The translations under genes were made by a program, and so were the position numbers. Under the pieces are notes generated by a model. It was given only the letters and a program-made list of their open reading frames with translations. It was not told where the DNA came from and made no database searches. 64,000 nucleotides of DNA from Octopus vulgaris (taxonomy: Eukaryota), in NCBI GenBank assembly GCA_951406725.2, contig OX597821.1:48422001-48486000 (forward strand). The letters run 5' to 3'. Below, piece by piece: positions 24,791-37,382 of the stretch (the first letter of the stretch is position 1; every line of letters begins with the position of its first letter).

Positions 24791-27097
24791 TGTTGATTCA
24801 TTGTTTTTCTCTTTGCCTATGTAAAAAAGTGTGTTACTGTCATGGAGATTCTTACAGTAGTAGAAATGGAATTTTAACTACTATTTCTAAATTCAGTGTG
24901 TGGTGAAGCAATTAGCTGAACCCTAATTATAATTATGTTTATAATTATAAAATATTTGTATAATTTTACCTATAAAGATTATTTTAACGTACTGATCTAC
25001 TTGGTAAAATTATTAATTAATTGATTGATTAATTAATTAATTTAATTGATAATTTTAGCCTTTTATTATTAATTTAAAATTATATATATATTTGTGTGTG
25101 TGTGTGTGTGTGTGTGTAAAGTATTAATAAGATAGTAGCTTTTAGAAATAAGTACAACTCATGTAAGTTTCTTTCATTTCTCTGGTCAGATTGAGGCATG
25201 TTTCAGCTCTGGCTAACTGAAATTAATTAAAGAAATTTCATCTGATTTAACTGGAAGCCAGAGATGTAATGATTTGCATTAGCCATTTACTGAAGTATAT
25301 TTCAAGTAATGCAGAAGATACTTACAGATTCCAGTTAATTAGATAACTGAATCAAAATAAATGTGGATAGAAGGTGGACTGTTATCAATAAATAATTATA
25401 GTAGCATAGCTGTGTTGTAATTTGGTCCATTAATTATTGATTAATCTTTGATATAGATCAGCTATTGATGCCTTAGTATCCTGCACTCATTTTAAATTTT
25501 ATCATATATCTTCAGTGTTTCACAAAATTGCAAAGATTTGAGTGTGAAAACTGTAAACAATATTAATGACTTATACCTGTCAACCCAAACAATTTCTCTC
25601 TGTAATCAATATATTTAGATGAATGCATTATAGTATGATAATGAATTTGAGTCAATACATATCTGTACACATTGACAACTTCAATTTCTATTTGTTCACC
25701 TTTTCCGAAGTGTTTCACACTTTGCTTTGCTTCATTATATTTGCTGCCTATTTTGGCAAGAAACCTTTTTATCACGACAGCTATTTTGCCAACTATTCAG
25801 TATTAAGGATATATGGAATATATGTTAGTTATAAAATCTATCAGAATATTATTGAATCTATCATGTTAAATAAAATTAATGAACACACCTCTTAAGAATT
25901 AAATCCCATAAATTGTGGAACTCAGCAAGCAATAAATTCTACCTTGGTCTTGGATGAATATTTATTCCAATTGTGGTTTAACTGCAAGAACAAATTCATT
26001 GAAAAGTCAAAAAGTGATCCCATTCTGAGATACAAACCCCATCTTTGAAGGAAAAGTAGCAGTGTAATTGACCCCAATGTGGGGCTGATATTTGTTTTAT
26101 TGACTTATAAAAGAGCAAGGAAAATGTTAAACTTTGTCCCCAATATAAGGCATATAGTTTAGAAATCTATTAGGATTAATCTTCCTAAATCAAGTTGCAG
26201 GGAATTATTTCTTACTGTTTTATTTGCTCAGCAAAAAGTGTTTGTTTTCTAAGTAACTGAAAGAAATATAGTTAAATTCCCATTGTGTTCCTGAATAGTT
26301 TTGCCACCAACCATTAGATAGTGAAGGACAGAACTGAATTCTTTAAAGATCATTATTGATAATTATGCAATCCATAACTCTTTAAAAAAATGCACAAGTT
26401 CTTTGATATTAAGTAATCAATCTAGAACACAGCAGCAATTTATCATTTGTAAGTAGCCGATAATGGGAGTTGTTTAACACTATTTCTGGTTACCAGCTAT
26501 TGTGCTCACCATGGTGAGATAGAAGACTCAATGATACCATTATCAAAAAGTCTTTTGAATTCTTTCTTAACAAACATTTCATCAAATGAAGAAACCTAGT
26601 GGCAACTGGTTTCTGATAATAGTATATTTGAGAAAAATATGAGTTTACCAATAAAGAAATAAATCAGGCAACAGGAATCGTTAATGATCCATTAAGTTTA
26701 AATATAAAAGAGTTGTAAGAAAGACACACCCCAAAATTATAAAAGCTCATGTAACACTAAATATTTAATATTCAAATACACCATTTTATACAAATATTAC
26801 ATACAGTTATGTTTGAAATACAAAAGGAAGAAGAAACATTTTGAGTAGTTTGAGTTGCTGAAAAGTTAAAAGTGAAAAATTCTTTCAAATATCATCACCT
26901 AGGAAACTGGTGACACAACACAGATTGCATAAAGTTCTAACACATTGGTCAGCTATATACATTGATCACCAACAAATACATACATTCATGCATGCATATA
27001 TATATATATATATATATATATAAAGGGTGTGGTGAATGTATTGTTATCTAAATTACACAAAAATGAAAATAATACTGACATCTCATTTTAACAGATA

Positions 27098-27483
27098 TCT
27101 CTTTTACTATTTTACTTGTTTCAGTCATTTGACTGTGGCCATGCTAGAGCACTGCCTTTAGTCAAGCAAATCGACCCCAGGACTTATTCTTTATAAGCCT
27201 AGTACTTATTCTATTGGTCTCTTTTACTGAACCACTAAGTTATGGGGATGTAAACACACCAGCATCAGTTGTCAAGCGATGCTGGTGGGACAAACACAGA
27301 CACACAAACATATACACATACATATATATACAACAGGCTTCTTTCAGTCTCTGTCTACCAAATCCACTCACAAGGCTTTGGTCAGCCTGAGGCTATAGTA
27401 GAAGACACTTGCCCAAGGTGCCACACAGTGGGACTGAACCCGGAACCATGTGGTTGGTAAGCAAGCTCACAGCCACACAACCT
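27098..27483 (-). mobile_element. SINE family A
   Basis: Collinear with the other family A copies. Confidence 0.92.
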
Positions 27484-27501
27484 ATATATATATATATATA
27501 T

Positions 27502-27860
27502 AAATTATAAATATTATTGGGATACAATAGTATTATTTTCCAACTAAATAAAGCACAGTAAAGGTAGAGTTAGAAATATAAAATAGTGGTGCAACAAGGC
27601 ATCAATGTTTGCTGGAAATAGCAGTTGATAAAGCTTCACTGAATATATACTGGCAAAGATGTGTGCAGGTAACGAATATAAAACGTTTTGCCAGTATATA
27701 TTCAGTGAAGCATTATATAGCGTCGTACTGTTATCGACTGCTACTTCCAGCAAACATTAGTGCTTTGTTGCACCACTATTTTATATTTCTAACTCTACCT
27801 TTACTGTGCTTTATTTAGTTGGAAAATAATACTATTGTATCCCAATAATATTTATAATTT
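27502..27860. repeat. Long inverted repeat (fold-back), ~155-bp and ~175-bp arms
   Basis: Outer ~95 bp perfectly complementary; inner 25-bp arms gcttcactgaatatatactggcaaa/tttgccagtatatattcagtgaagc; ~29-nt loop. Confidence 0.92.
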
Positions 27861-28169
27861 TTATATAAAACTTTTTACTGATTTCAGTTCTATTTATGGC
27901 TAGGCATTCAACAGAATATACAACTACACGGTCGATTTCCTCTTCATCACGCAGAATTTTCCCTCTAACTGCAGTCACTGAAATACATCAATATTGTGTG
28001 ACCTTTTTTGACCAATCACAAACTAATGTCCAGTAATAATCATTGACTCTCTTTAATCAAACTTTCATTCAGACTCCACTGGCTGAAGACTAGCCACATG
28101 CTTGAAACCCAGAGTACCAAGGATTCTGAATCAAACTGTTTTGATCTATCCATGTAACCCCCAACAACA

Positions 28170-28833
<664 letters not shown>

Positions 28834-29044
28834 TCCTTTCTACTAAAGTCATAAGGCCTGAAATTTGGGGAAAATGGACTTGTCAATTACATCAGCCCCA
28901 GTGTTTCACTTACTTAATTCATTGACCCCTAAAGGATGAAATGCAAAGTCAACTTCACTGGAATTTGAACTCAGAACATAGCAACAGGCGAAATACCGCT
29001 AAGCATTTCATCCAGGGGGCTAATGCTTCTGCCTGCTCGCTACC
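28834..29044 (-). mobile_element. SINE family B
   Basis: aaggatgaaatgcaaagtcaac...gaatttgaactcagaac...gcgaaataccgctaagcatttc. Confidence 0.85.
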
Positions 29045-29047
29045 TTG

Positions 29048-29060
29048 ATAATAATAATAA

Positions 29061-29091
<31 letters not shown>

Positions 29092-29155
29092 AAGAAGAAG
29101 AAGAAGAAGAAGAAGAAGAAGAAGAAGAAGAAGAAGAAGAAGAAGAAGAAGAAGA
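29048..29155 (+). repeat. (TAA)n then (GAA)n microsatellite
   Basis: Directly visible. Confidence 0.97.
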
Positions 29156-29429
29156 ATATTCATAAAAGCAACAACTACAATAATAATATATAACTGAAAA
29201 ACAGGCAGACGCATACATAACCAAAACCTGAAAACTTATGAATATATAATATATAGTATAGAAGACCTAAAGTAACACTGCTAGGTACCACACACATCTT
29301 ACATAGAGCTCTTTCAATACAGTAAAAATAACAATACGTAAATAAACCACAGCACATACCCAAAACACTAAGATCTTCACTTAGCAGCGCAGTGAAAGCA
29401 CATAATAAAAATAAGATTACTGAATGGTG

Positions 29430-29474
29430 CTGATGGTGATGATGAGGCGGAGGTGGAAGAGGGGTGATGATGAT

Positions 29475-29505
<31 letters not shown>

Positions 29506-29843
29506 GGGATGATGATGATGAGGAAGAGGAGGAGGAGGAGGAGGGGGATGATGATGATGATGATGATGATGAGGAAGAGGAGGAGGAGGAGGAAGGGGAT
29601 GATGATGATGATGATGATGAAGAGGAGGAGGAAGGGGATGATGATGAGGAGGAGGAGGAGGAGGAGGAAGGGGGTGATGATGAGGAGGAGGAGGAGGGGG
29701 AGGAGGGGGAGGAAGAGGAAGAGGGTGATGAGGAGGAAGGGGGAAGAGGAGGAGGAAGGGGGAGGAGGAGGAGGAGGAAGAGGAGGAGGAAGAGGAGGAA
29801 GAGGAGGAGGAGGAGGAGGAGGAAGAGGAAGAGGAGGAGGGGG
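29430..29843 (+). repeat. Compound (GAG)n/(GAT)n purine-rich repeat
   Basis: Repeated blocks (gag)n-gaagggg-(gat)n; source of the D/E, poly-S and P/H ORFs. Confidence 0.93.
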
Positions 29844-30492
29844 CCAACAATAACGACGATGACAATGATATAAAAGAAAATAAAAATAGTATGAGCAAGA
29901 AAATATTTTCCATAATTCAAACAGATTATCGCTGTTATCAATGTCAGTTTGTTGGATTTATTATATTGCAGATTGTAATTGTTTAATTTCAATATTGAAA
30001 ATAAAACACATTGCAAAACTATCAGAGCTTGATTGCTACTTAAAGGCAGAAATTAAAATTTGTAGAAAATGGGATGGAAATAATTTATAGTGCATGTAAG
30101 ATGGTGCGTGAGTGCATGTCAACTACACTCTTGACAAGAGATATCAGTTAGTCTTTTACAGCTACAAGACTTGTTCGTATTAGCCTGAGTTGCTGGATAA
30201 TTTTTCGTTCGTTTAAGAATGTTGTAGAATGAAAACTCTTCAAAGATTGGAATTTAAATGCTAATCTCTATAGAAATTAATTGTTTCAAGAAAACATTGA
30301 ATTTGAATTATCCAGATTAATAAAGTAAAATTAATAGGTAAAATTCAGGCTACACTTAGATCCGAGGATCTTACCCTTATATATATATATATGTATGTAT
30401 AAAATTAAATAAGGGTAGAAATAGATATTAATCGATTAAAACCAGTGGCTTAGCATATTTTAAAAAATCCAAAGATTAAAAATTGTTTTACA

Positions 30493-30635
30493 TACAAAAT
30501 TTAGACGACTGACCACTAAAAGTGGACAGCCTGTATGCTAAACACAGACGTCAAATCATTCTTTGTGGTAATGGCGATTTGACGTCTATGTTTAGCATAT
30601 AGGCTGTCCACTTTTAGAGGTCAGTCCTCTAAATT

Positions 30636-30639
<4 letters not shown>
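30493..30639. repeat. Inverted repeat with ~65-bp arms (MITE or fold-back)
   Basis: aaatttagacgactgaccactaaaagtggacagcc...gacgtcaaatc versus gatttgacgtc...ggctgtccacttttagaggtcagtcctctaaattt. Confidence 0.85.
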
Positions 30640-30664
<25 letters not shown>

Positions 30665-30669
<5 letters not shown>

Positions 30670-30935
30670 GTCATTCCATAAGTTCTGTCTGATTTTACCT
30701 TCTTTAAAATTGAATGAAATTTAATAGTATTTTAGAATGTCTAATGGAATTAAAATTTATTTTTATGCATTTGTATACATTTAAACTAATTAGATATTAT
30801 TTTACAAAATAATAGAATTAAAATTTCTTTGATTAAAACCCTTTCTAACATGGAAGTATCCAAAGAGCATTTAAGGCACATAATGCTTTATGAGTACAAA
30901 AAAGGAAACTCTGCAGCCTAAGTGACTTGAAACAC
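30665..30935 (+). mobile_element. 5' fragment of a mariner element
   Basis: TA then TIR-like tcaggtcattccataagttctgtc; ORF start MEVSKEHLRHIMLYEYKKGNSAA at 30850. Confidence 0.75.
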
Positions 30936-31068
30936 AAAACCAACTATACTATACTATAACTAATCCCACAGCCATGATGACAATCATCCGTAGCTGTCAC
31001 CACATCTTGTATATTTGGATAAGATCTATGATTTATGATTAAAACTTTCTGGAGTTTGCTATGAAAAC

Positions 31069-31255
31069 ATTAGTGATATTATTAGTGATATTATGAGTGA
31101 TACTATTAGTGATATTATTAGTGATATTATTAGTGATATTATGAGTGATATCAAGAGTGATATTATTAGTGATATTATTAGTGATATTATTAGTGTTATT
31201 ATGAGTGATATTATTAGTGATATTATCAGTGATATTATTAGTGATATTATTAGTG
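31069..31255 (+). repeat. 12-bp minisatellite (attagtgatatt), ~15 copies
   Basis: Directly visible; abuts a SINE head. Confidence 0.93.
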
Positions 31256-31460
31256 AGCTGGTAGAATTGTTAGCGCACTGGGGAGAATGCTTAGTGAATT
31301 TCATTTGTTTTCACGCTCTGAGTTCAAATTCCGCTGAAGTCAACTTTGCCTTTCATCCTTTTAGGGTTGATAAATTAAGTACCAGTTGGGTGCTGAGGTA
31401 GATGTAATTGATGTAACACCTCTCCTGAAATTGCTGGCCTTGTGCTAAAATTTGAAGCCG
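31254..31460 (+). mobile_element. SINE family B
   Basis: gagctggtagaattgttagcgc...gagttcaaattccgctgaagtcaactttgcctttcatcc. Confidence 0.85.
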
Positions 31461-33117
31461 ATGTTATTGTTATATTGAATAAAAAACTAGTTTTACAAAT
31501 CGTGGTTTGGCAGGAGAATTGGTGAGAAGTCAATAAAATAGCGAATGGTATTTGATTAGAGTGTTTTATATGCTATATTCAAATCCCACTGAAGTCCACT
31601 TTAACTTTCCTCTTCCATACTCAATAAAATAATTATTGGTTCAATATAATCAAGTACACTCTAGGAGGCATCGCTCCAGCATGGGCACAGTCCAATGGCT
31701 AAAACTGATAAAGAACCAAGTATAAGAGAGTCACTCTTAGACAAAATTAAAACGCAGTTCACCCCATGAACACACACACACACGCATACATACACACACA
31801 AACTTACATACTTATAGACATACTTACACTTATGCATGCATACATATATGTGTCTGTGTATATGTTTGTAAGTATACCTACCTACCTACCTACCAACCTA
31901 CCTACATACATACATACATACATACTTACATACATTATGGATTTATTCTCTTTTAAAGTTTCTCGGTTTACATCATTTGGAATTATTCTCTCAATCTGCT
32001 TTATTTCAAATCACTCTACATAGGTGTGATGTGAGCATTGAATTGATTAAATCTTTATTATTGATTTGATCAATATATTTGCAGCAATTCCCATTTGTAA
32101 ATTCTATTTTATTTTTATTTTCTTATTTACTTGGAAGAATTCAAAGCTTGTACTTTTTCAATTTAAACACTTCCACACCAAATAATTTCATGTTACGATG
32201 TACGTTTTTACCAACTTATAATATTACATAAACTAAAAAAAATCAACAATAAATTAAGAAATAAAACTGATTAAATGTCCATTAATTCATTTTATTAAAA
32301 TTGTAAGAATTATTCTGTAAGCGATTCTATTCTAAAAGTAACTCTTACTGCAAAAAGTAGCAATTGCATGTACATTCAAATCTTGGTCAGGTTAAGAAAA
32401 CACTTCTTTTTATATTGAAAGAGTTGCTGTGTGTTGCTCATATGCACACTAAAAATACACGTCCCCCAACACACAAACACACATGCACTAAATATTATAT
32501 ATATATACTAAATTAATACAGGCATGATAGGAAAAAAAATTAGATAATAAGAATAGTGTTTTACCTTTGCAAAGGTAATGTCAGTTAATCTGATGTCATG
32601 GTTTCGAAGTTAGCGCCAAAGGCACCTGATGTTCTTCAGTCAGATCTGCAAGAGACAACAGAATATTCACCACTACCATGCCTGTAATTCATTCTGCATA
32701 TATACGTATATAGATTCATACATTTGTATGTATTTCTATGTATGTATCTATATATGTATATATATATGTGTGTGTGTGCGTGTGTGTTCGTGCATATGCA
32801 TGTCTGTATACATGCATGTATATGTATGAATATTTGTATGTGCACTTGTCTATATGCATGTATGTGTATATGTATATTTTGTTAACATAATAAGAATTTA
32901 TAAACATTTGAGAAAAAGTGAAAATTTTCTGTTTGGAACATTGGCTTTCGAAGCCCATAAAGCTATAAAAAAAAAAGGAAACATCTAAATACTGTGTTAA
33001 AAACCCTTCTGGGTAGAAAAAGTGGAAAGCTGTCCTTTATGAGCTAATGTTCTAAAAGGTGTGTGTGTGTGTGTGTGCATATATGTAAGTATGTATGTAT
33101 GTATGTATATATATATA

Positions 33118-33314
33118 CGCCATGATAGACCGTTAGCTCCTACACGCATTTTTTTCTCTCCTTGTTTCTTTTCTGCGTATCTTTCTGTCGAAGAGCGTAG
33201 GCTCGAAATGTAAAAGACTTGTTCTATTTCTATTCCTGAGCACCATACTAATACATTTGTTTGTTTGTACTCCACCTGCCTTCGTCTTTTGTTTATTTTC
33301 ATAAACCTTCCCGT

Positions 33315-33315
<1 letters not shown>
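33118..33315 (+). mobile_element. Penelope-like terminal repeat fragment with hammerhead-like motif (33181-33217)
   Basis: cttt-ctgtcga-a-gagc-gtag-gctc-gaaa-tgt-a-aaag, flanked by (TA)n. Confidence 0.45.
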
Positions 33316-33394
<79 letters not shown>

Positions 33395-33879
33395 TATTAT
33401 TTCTAAGTCTCTCTAAAGGAAACTACGGCAGCGGTACTGGATATCAACAGTTATCGCCAAGCTAATATAGCAGTCCATAAATATATGACTAAAGCTGCCG
33501 TTGATTAGCTCCAAGAGGCCATCGCCTCTAGCTAGCTATGTGACACACGCACCTTCAACTTAATAAAATAATCCTTGTAGATATTAAGTAAAACTCTCTC
33601 TCTCTCTCTCTCTCTCACGCACACACACTCTCTCTCTCTTTAATGGTATTTAAAATTTAAACAGGTAGGTGATGGAGATAATATCGAAATTATCAGCTAA
33701 TCCAAAGTTTTGGAAAATGAAGCAATGTAGTCAATGATAGATCCTGATTGTCTTGTTGCTTTGAAATTTCCCGTTTTAGAAAAAGTTTTGCTTCTTTTTT
33801 ACTGCAATGATAATTCCAAATAAATGGCGTTTCGCGATTATACTACAATACTTATATAAGATTATACCTTAACATGTGT

Positions 33880-34066
33880 GTGTATGTGTGTTTCCCAACA
33901 CCAATTAACAACTAGTCCCATAACTAAACAGTTAGGCAAAACAGACCGATAGAATAAGTACTAGGCTTCAAAAAATGATAAGTCCCAGGGTCATTTTCTT
34001 CGACTAAAACCCTTCAAGGCAGTGCCCTAGCACAACCACAGCCAAATGAATGAAACAAGTAAATGA
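33880..34066 (+). mobile_element. SINE family A 3' half, diverged
   Basis: agaccgatagaataagtactaggctt...gaaacaagtaaa. Confidence 0.7.
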
Positions 34067-34070
34067 TGTA

Positions 34071-34117
<47 letters not shown>

Positions 34118-34931
34118 ATGATGTTCTTGGTGTTTCTTATGAAGAAGTGGTTAGTGGGAGACATTCTTTACCATCTGAGTCACAATCCTAACATGACTAC
34201 CTTTGCCTTTCTTCATTTTGTCCTCCATAAACAAATAGCAATCAACAAGTTGAGTCATTTTAATAAGTACCCCTCTCATTATTTGAGGTTTTGTGACCGT
34301 GTGGAAAAATTGGTATTTATTATCATTCTAATTATAGCCATTATTGTTTTATTCCTGTAACTTCGACTGCAAAAATTTACATTTTGATATATTTCGATAC
34401 GACAATAAATAAAATTGCATTCCTAGCTCTTGAAAGGATTTAAATGTTAACTGGCGTTTAGCTCCACTTTCATAGCTTTAAGTGGGTGAGACATACCTCT
34501 TACTCATGAAAGGGCACCTGTCTACAACATGTTTTCTAACTTCCAGTAAAAAAACTGAGAAATTTCACAATAAAGACCTCACAAAAATCAAGAATGTACT
34601 TGTTCTGGATTTGAACTTCTCACCTGTACGATTGTACAATAACTTAACTTCTGGACATTTTAATACATAAAATATGATTGATTTTAATTGTTGTTGTTCA
34701 ACTCAAGGACCTTATGATCATAAATCATCAATATCCTGTTTCCAAATACAATTGTTTTGAAGACAACTTATTCAATATGGTATTCCTGGATTCATGAGAG
34801 TAAAGAGAGTAAAGAGTGATTTTAGCGAGATGAAGCTGCTATTTCTAATAGTTCACGATGGCAGAACCTTCTGTGTTTATTTGCATATATGTATGTATAT
34901 ATGTTATAGGGAATTAGTAATAATGGTACAC

Positions 34932-35344
34932 GGATCGTTTCGGTTTAAACGGCAGTTTTTCTAGCAGTGTCATATGAAATTGTCACCCATAATTATCACC
35001 CTAGTATCGATCTATTGCATTTCAATCTGTTTTAGGGTTAGGGGTGGGGGGAAGGGCATCTTTTTTCTTCAGAAATGTAAATAAACCCAATCTGTTTCTT
35101 AAACGAGGGACATATTCATACGGCACAGAATGGTTTTTTTACCTCAATGACGTCATTGATTGGTTGAAATTGCAGAAATTGAAGAAAAAAAACAACAAAT
35201 TATCTTACAAACTATAGAATTTTCTCAATAAAGCCAAGAGAAAAAGATGTTTTATAAACACATTCTACCAGTATACGAAGTTTAAAAGTGTTTAGTTACG
35301 CGGAAATTATTTTAAAAAAACTGCCGTTCAAACTGAAAAGGTCC
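34932..35344. mobile_element. MITE with GG-terminal TIRs and 8-bp TSD (Merlin-like)
   Basis: TIR ggatcgtttcggtttaaacggcagtttt / aaaactgccgttcaaactgaaaaggtcc; TSD tggtacac at 34924-34931 and 35345-35352. Confidence 0.85.
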
Positions 35345-35791
35345 TGGTACACTCCTACCACCTGATGAGTGGAGTGACACAATCACTGTAATAAGTAAGG
35401 TGACATCAGCCGGTATCGAGAGAGTACGTATAAACTGTATTGATAGTAGTTTCTGTGTTGATATAGTAATTATACTGTGATATTGAGAAGACGTATAACC
35501 ATTCAACCATTTGAGGATAATAACACTGTACAACTGGTGGGTGGGGGTTGTACAGTGCCACATAGAAACATTCTATTGACGACTTCGAAATATCTGTCAG
35601 AGCGATAACCGTCGTACAAAGACAGATACAACAGTGGCAAAAGACCGCTTTATAACAATATATATGTATGCCTCTCTTTGTATGTACATACACACACACA
35701 CATATATATGTATGTATTTATTTGTATGTATATATTAAATATAGCTTTCCACTCTAACTCAAGGATTGCGTTCTACATCAAATAATATCTG

Positions 35792-36000
35792 GGATCTTTT
35801 CGGTTTGAACGGCAGTTTTTTCTAGCAGTGTCATATGAAATTGTCACTCATAATTATGACCCTAGTATATTTCAATCTGTTTTAGGGTTATGAGTGGGGG
35901 AAGGGTATCTTTTTTTCTTTAGAAATGTAAATAAACCCAATCTGTTTCTTAAACGAGGGACATATTCATACGGCACAGAATGTTTTCACCTCAATAGACG
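35792..36000. mobile_element. Truncated second copy of the same MITE
   Basis: Collinear with 34932-35152; ends abruptly at the Penelope-like segment. Confidence 0.85.
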
Positions 36001-36900
36001 TAGAGCGAGTTATAAATCGCTCTAAGATTTATTATTGCTTGATTACACCTTTTTGATATCAGTGTCTTTACAATACTGGAAAAGGGATAAGTATTTGCTA
36101 AGGGAACTTACTTTTCATCGACAACTGTGATTGTCACACGCCGATGACGGGTCAATACCCAGAAACTCCAGTCCGTGTGTATCATAAGTTGAAGATGGGA
36201 AGGATGGCTTCCCTTTGCAAATACTGATAGGGCACAGAAAGTGTGTCTAAAGCCAGCTGGAGGAGGTGTCCTCCTGGGGCTATAAACTACAGTAGCATCC
36301 ACCCTTAGGGGTTAGCCATATTTAATGTGGCAAATATACGTCACGATGTGTAGCAGCTACTGTTTATAACTCGCTCTAAGATTTATTATTGCAAAATTAA
36401 TATTCTTTAGCAAAAATAGTATTAACACTGTCTTCGAAGAATCGGCGAGCTAAGCCATCATCAGACTATGATGCAGTTGAGTTCATCTTAGCTTTATATA
36501 GTACCTGTTAAGTTAAATTTTTCTAGGGTTACCTAAGTTCTATTGAATGATAATTAGGTTGTATGTGGGGATGGCAAAATGATAGAATTTTTATTGATTA
36601 AATTTGGGGAATTGCTAATTGTTAGAAAGAGCCTGTTTTTGTTTTGGTCAAGTTTAGCGTTCTGCTTGATTGAGTTCCCCGTAAGGACTTGGTCATTAGT
36701 TTTGTCTAATGGTCATCAACCGTTCCGGTTAGTTGATTCCCTCAAGAAGTCAGTTTGTTTTATTTCTGATCAGAGGTAAAATTTCATTGGTCAAGTGAGA
36801 AGTGATGTCAGCAGCTGGTGTTTGAGAAGGTGAATTGTATAGTATTTTGGAGTTGGTGTTTCGAAACCATGGAGGGAGCTTTTAACCGAATGTGCTTATT
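36001..36900. mobile_element. Penelope-like remnant with direct and inverted terminal duplications
   Basis: tcgctctaagattttattattgc occurs at 36017 and 36371; tagagcgagttataaa at 36001 is inverted at 36363; contains hammerhead motifs. Confidence 0.5.
36128..36184 (+). ncRNA. Minimal type-I hammerhead ribozyme motif (U4C core change)
   Basis: CACACG-CCGAUGA-C-GGGU-CAAU-ACCC-A-GAAA-C-UCCA-GUC-CGUGUG; predicted cleavage after 36173. Confidence 0.6.
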
Positions 36901-37337
36901 GACGTGTTATTCGGTTAAAATGGCTTATAGACGTGTTTTGTTTCTTTTTTTTCCCTTGACGAGATGATTGCATTGCTTTACATCATCTTATTCCCTCCGG
37001 AATAATATCAATGCTTTTTTCAAAACATGTTGGAAGTATAAAGGATTTGAATAACAACTGCGTTTGATTACATTTCTTAATTTATCTATAGTATACAAAA
37101 ACATTTCACTCAACCCTGGAATTTCTACCGTTATAAGCAGGCTATAATATCCTTGGCATTTATGTGAATCTTTGCTACCCTGGCAACTATTTATTTATTT
37201 TTTCCGGGTTATTCGTACACACTGATAAATATATGTGTGTATATATATATATATAACAAAGTGGAGTTGTAAGATACCGCACGAGTGGAATTATATATGA
37301 AAGAAGGTTTGAAAATGCAATTTTAAAAGATGCTTAT

Positions 37338-37382
37338 TTACTTTACCGGTTTCACTTTTTAGAAAAAGATTGTCAAAAGTAA
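37338..37382 (-). ncRNA. Minimal type-I hammerhead motif, U3-A8 covariant
   Basis: Minus strand reads UUACUU-UUGACAA-U-CUUUU-UCUA-AAAAG-U-GAAA-CCGG-UA-AAGUAA. Confidence 0.55.

Noticed and set aside
29377-30016. Longest ORFs (D/E-rich, poly-S, P/H-rich)
   Set aside because: Open in several frames on both strands because of GAG/GAT triplet repeats; no splice context or domain
31059-31401. ISDI/IISL repeat proteins
   Set aside because: 12-bp minisatellite running into a SINE
35032-35043. Interstitial telomere (TTAGGG)2
   Set aside because: Only two units, internal to a MITE
35358-35403. Hammerhead-like CUGAUGA-GUG...CAC (similar weak cases at ~20165-20230 and ~3085-3112)
   Set aside because: GAAA, stem I or stem II missing; too degenerate to call
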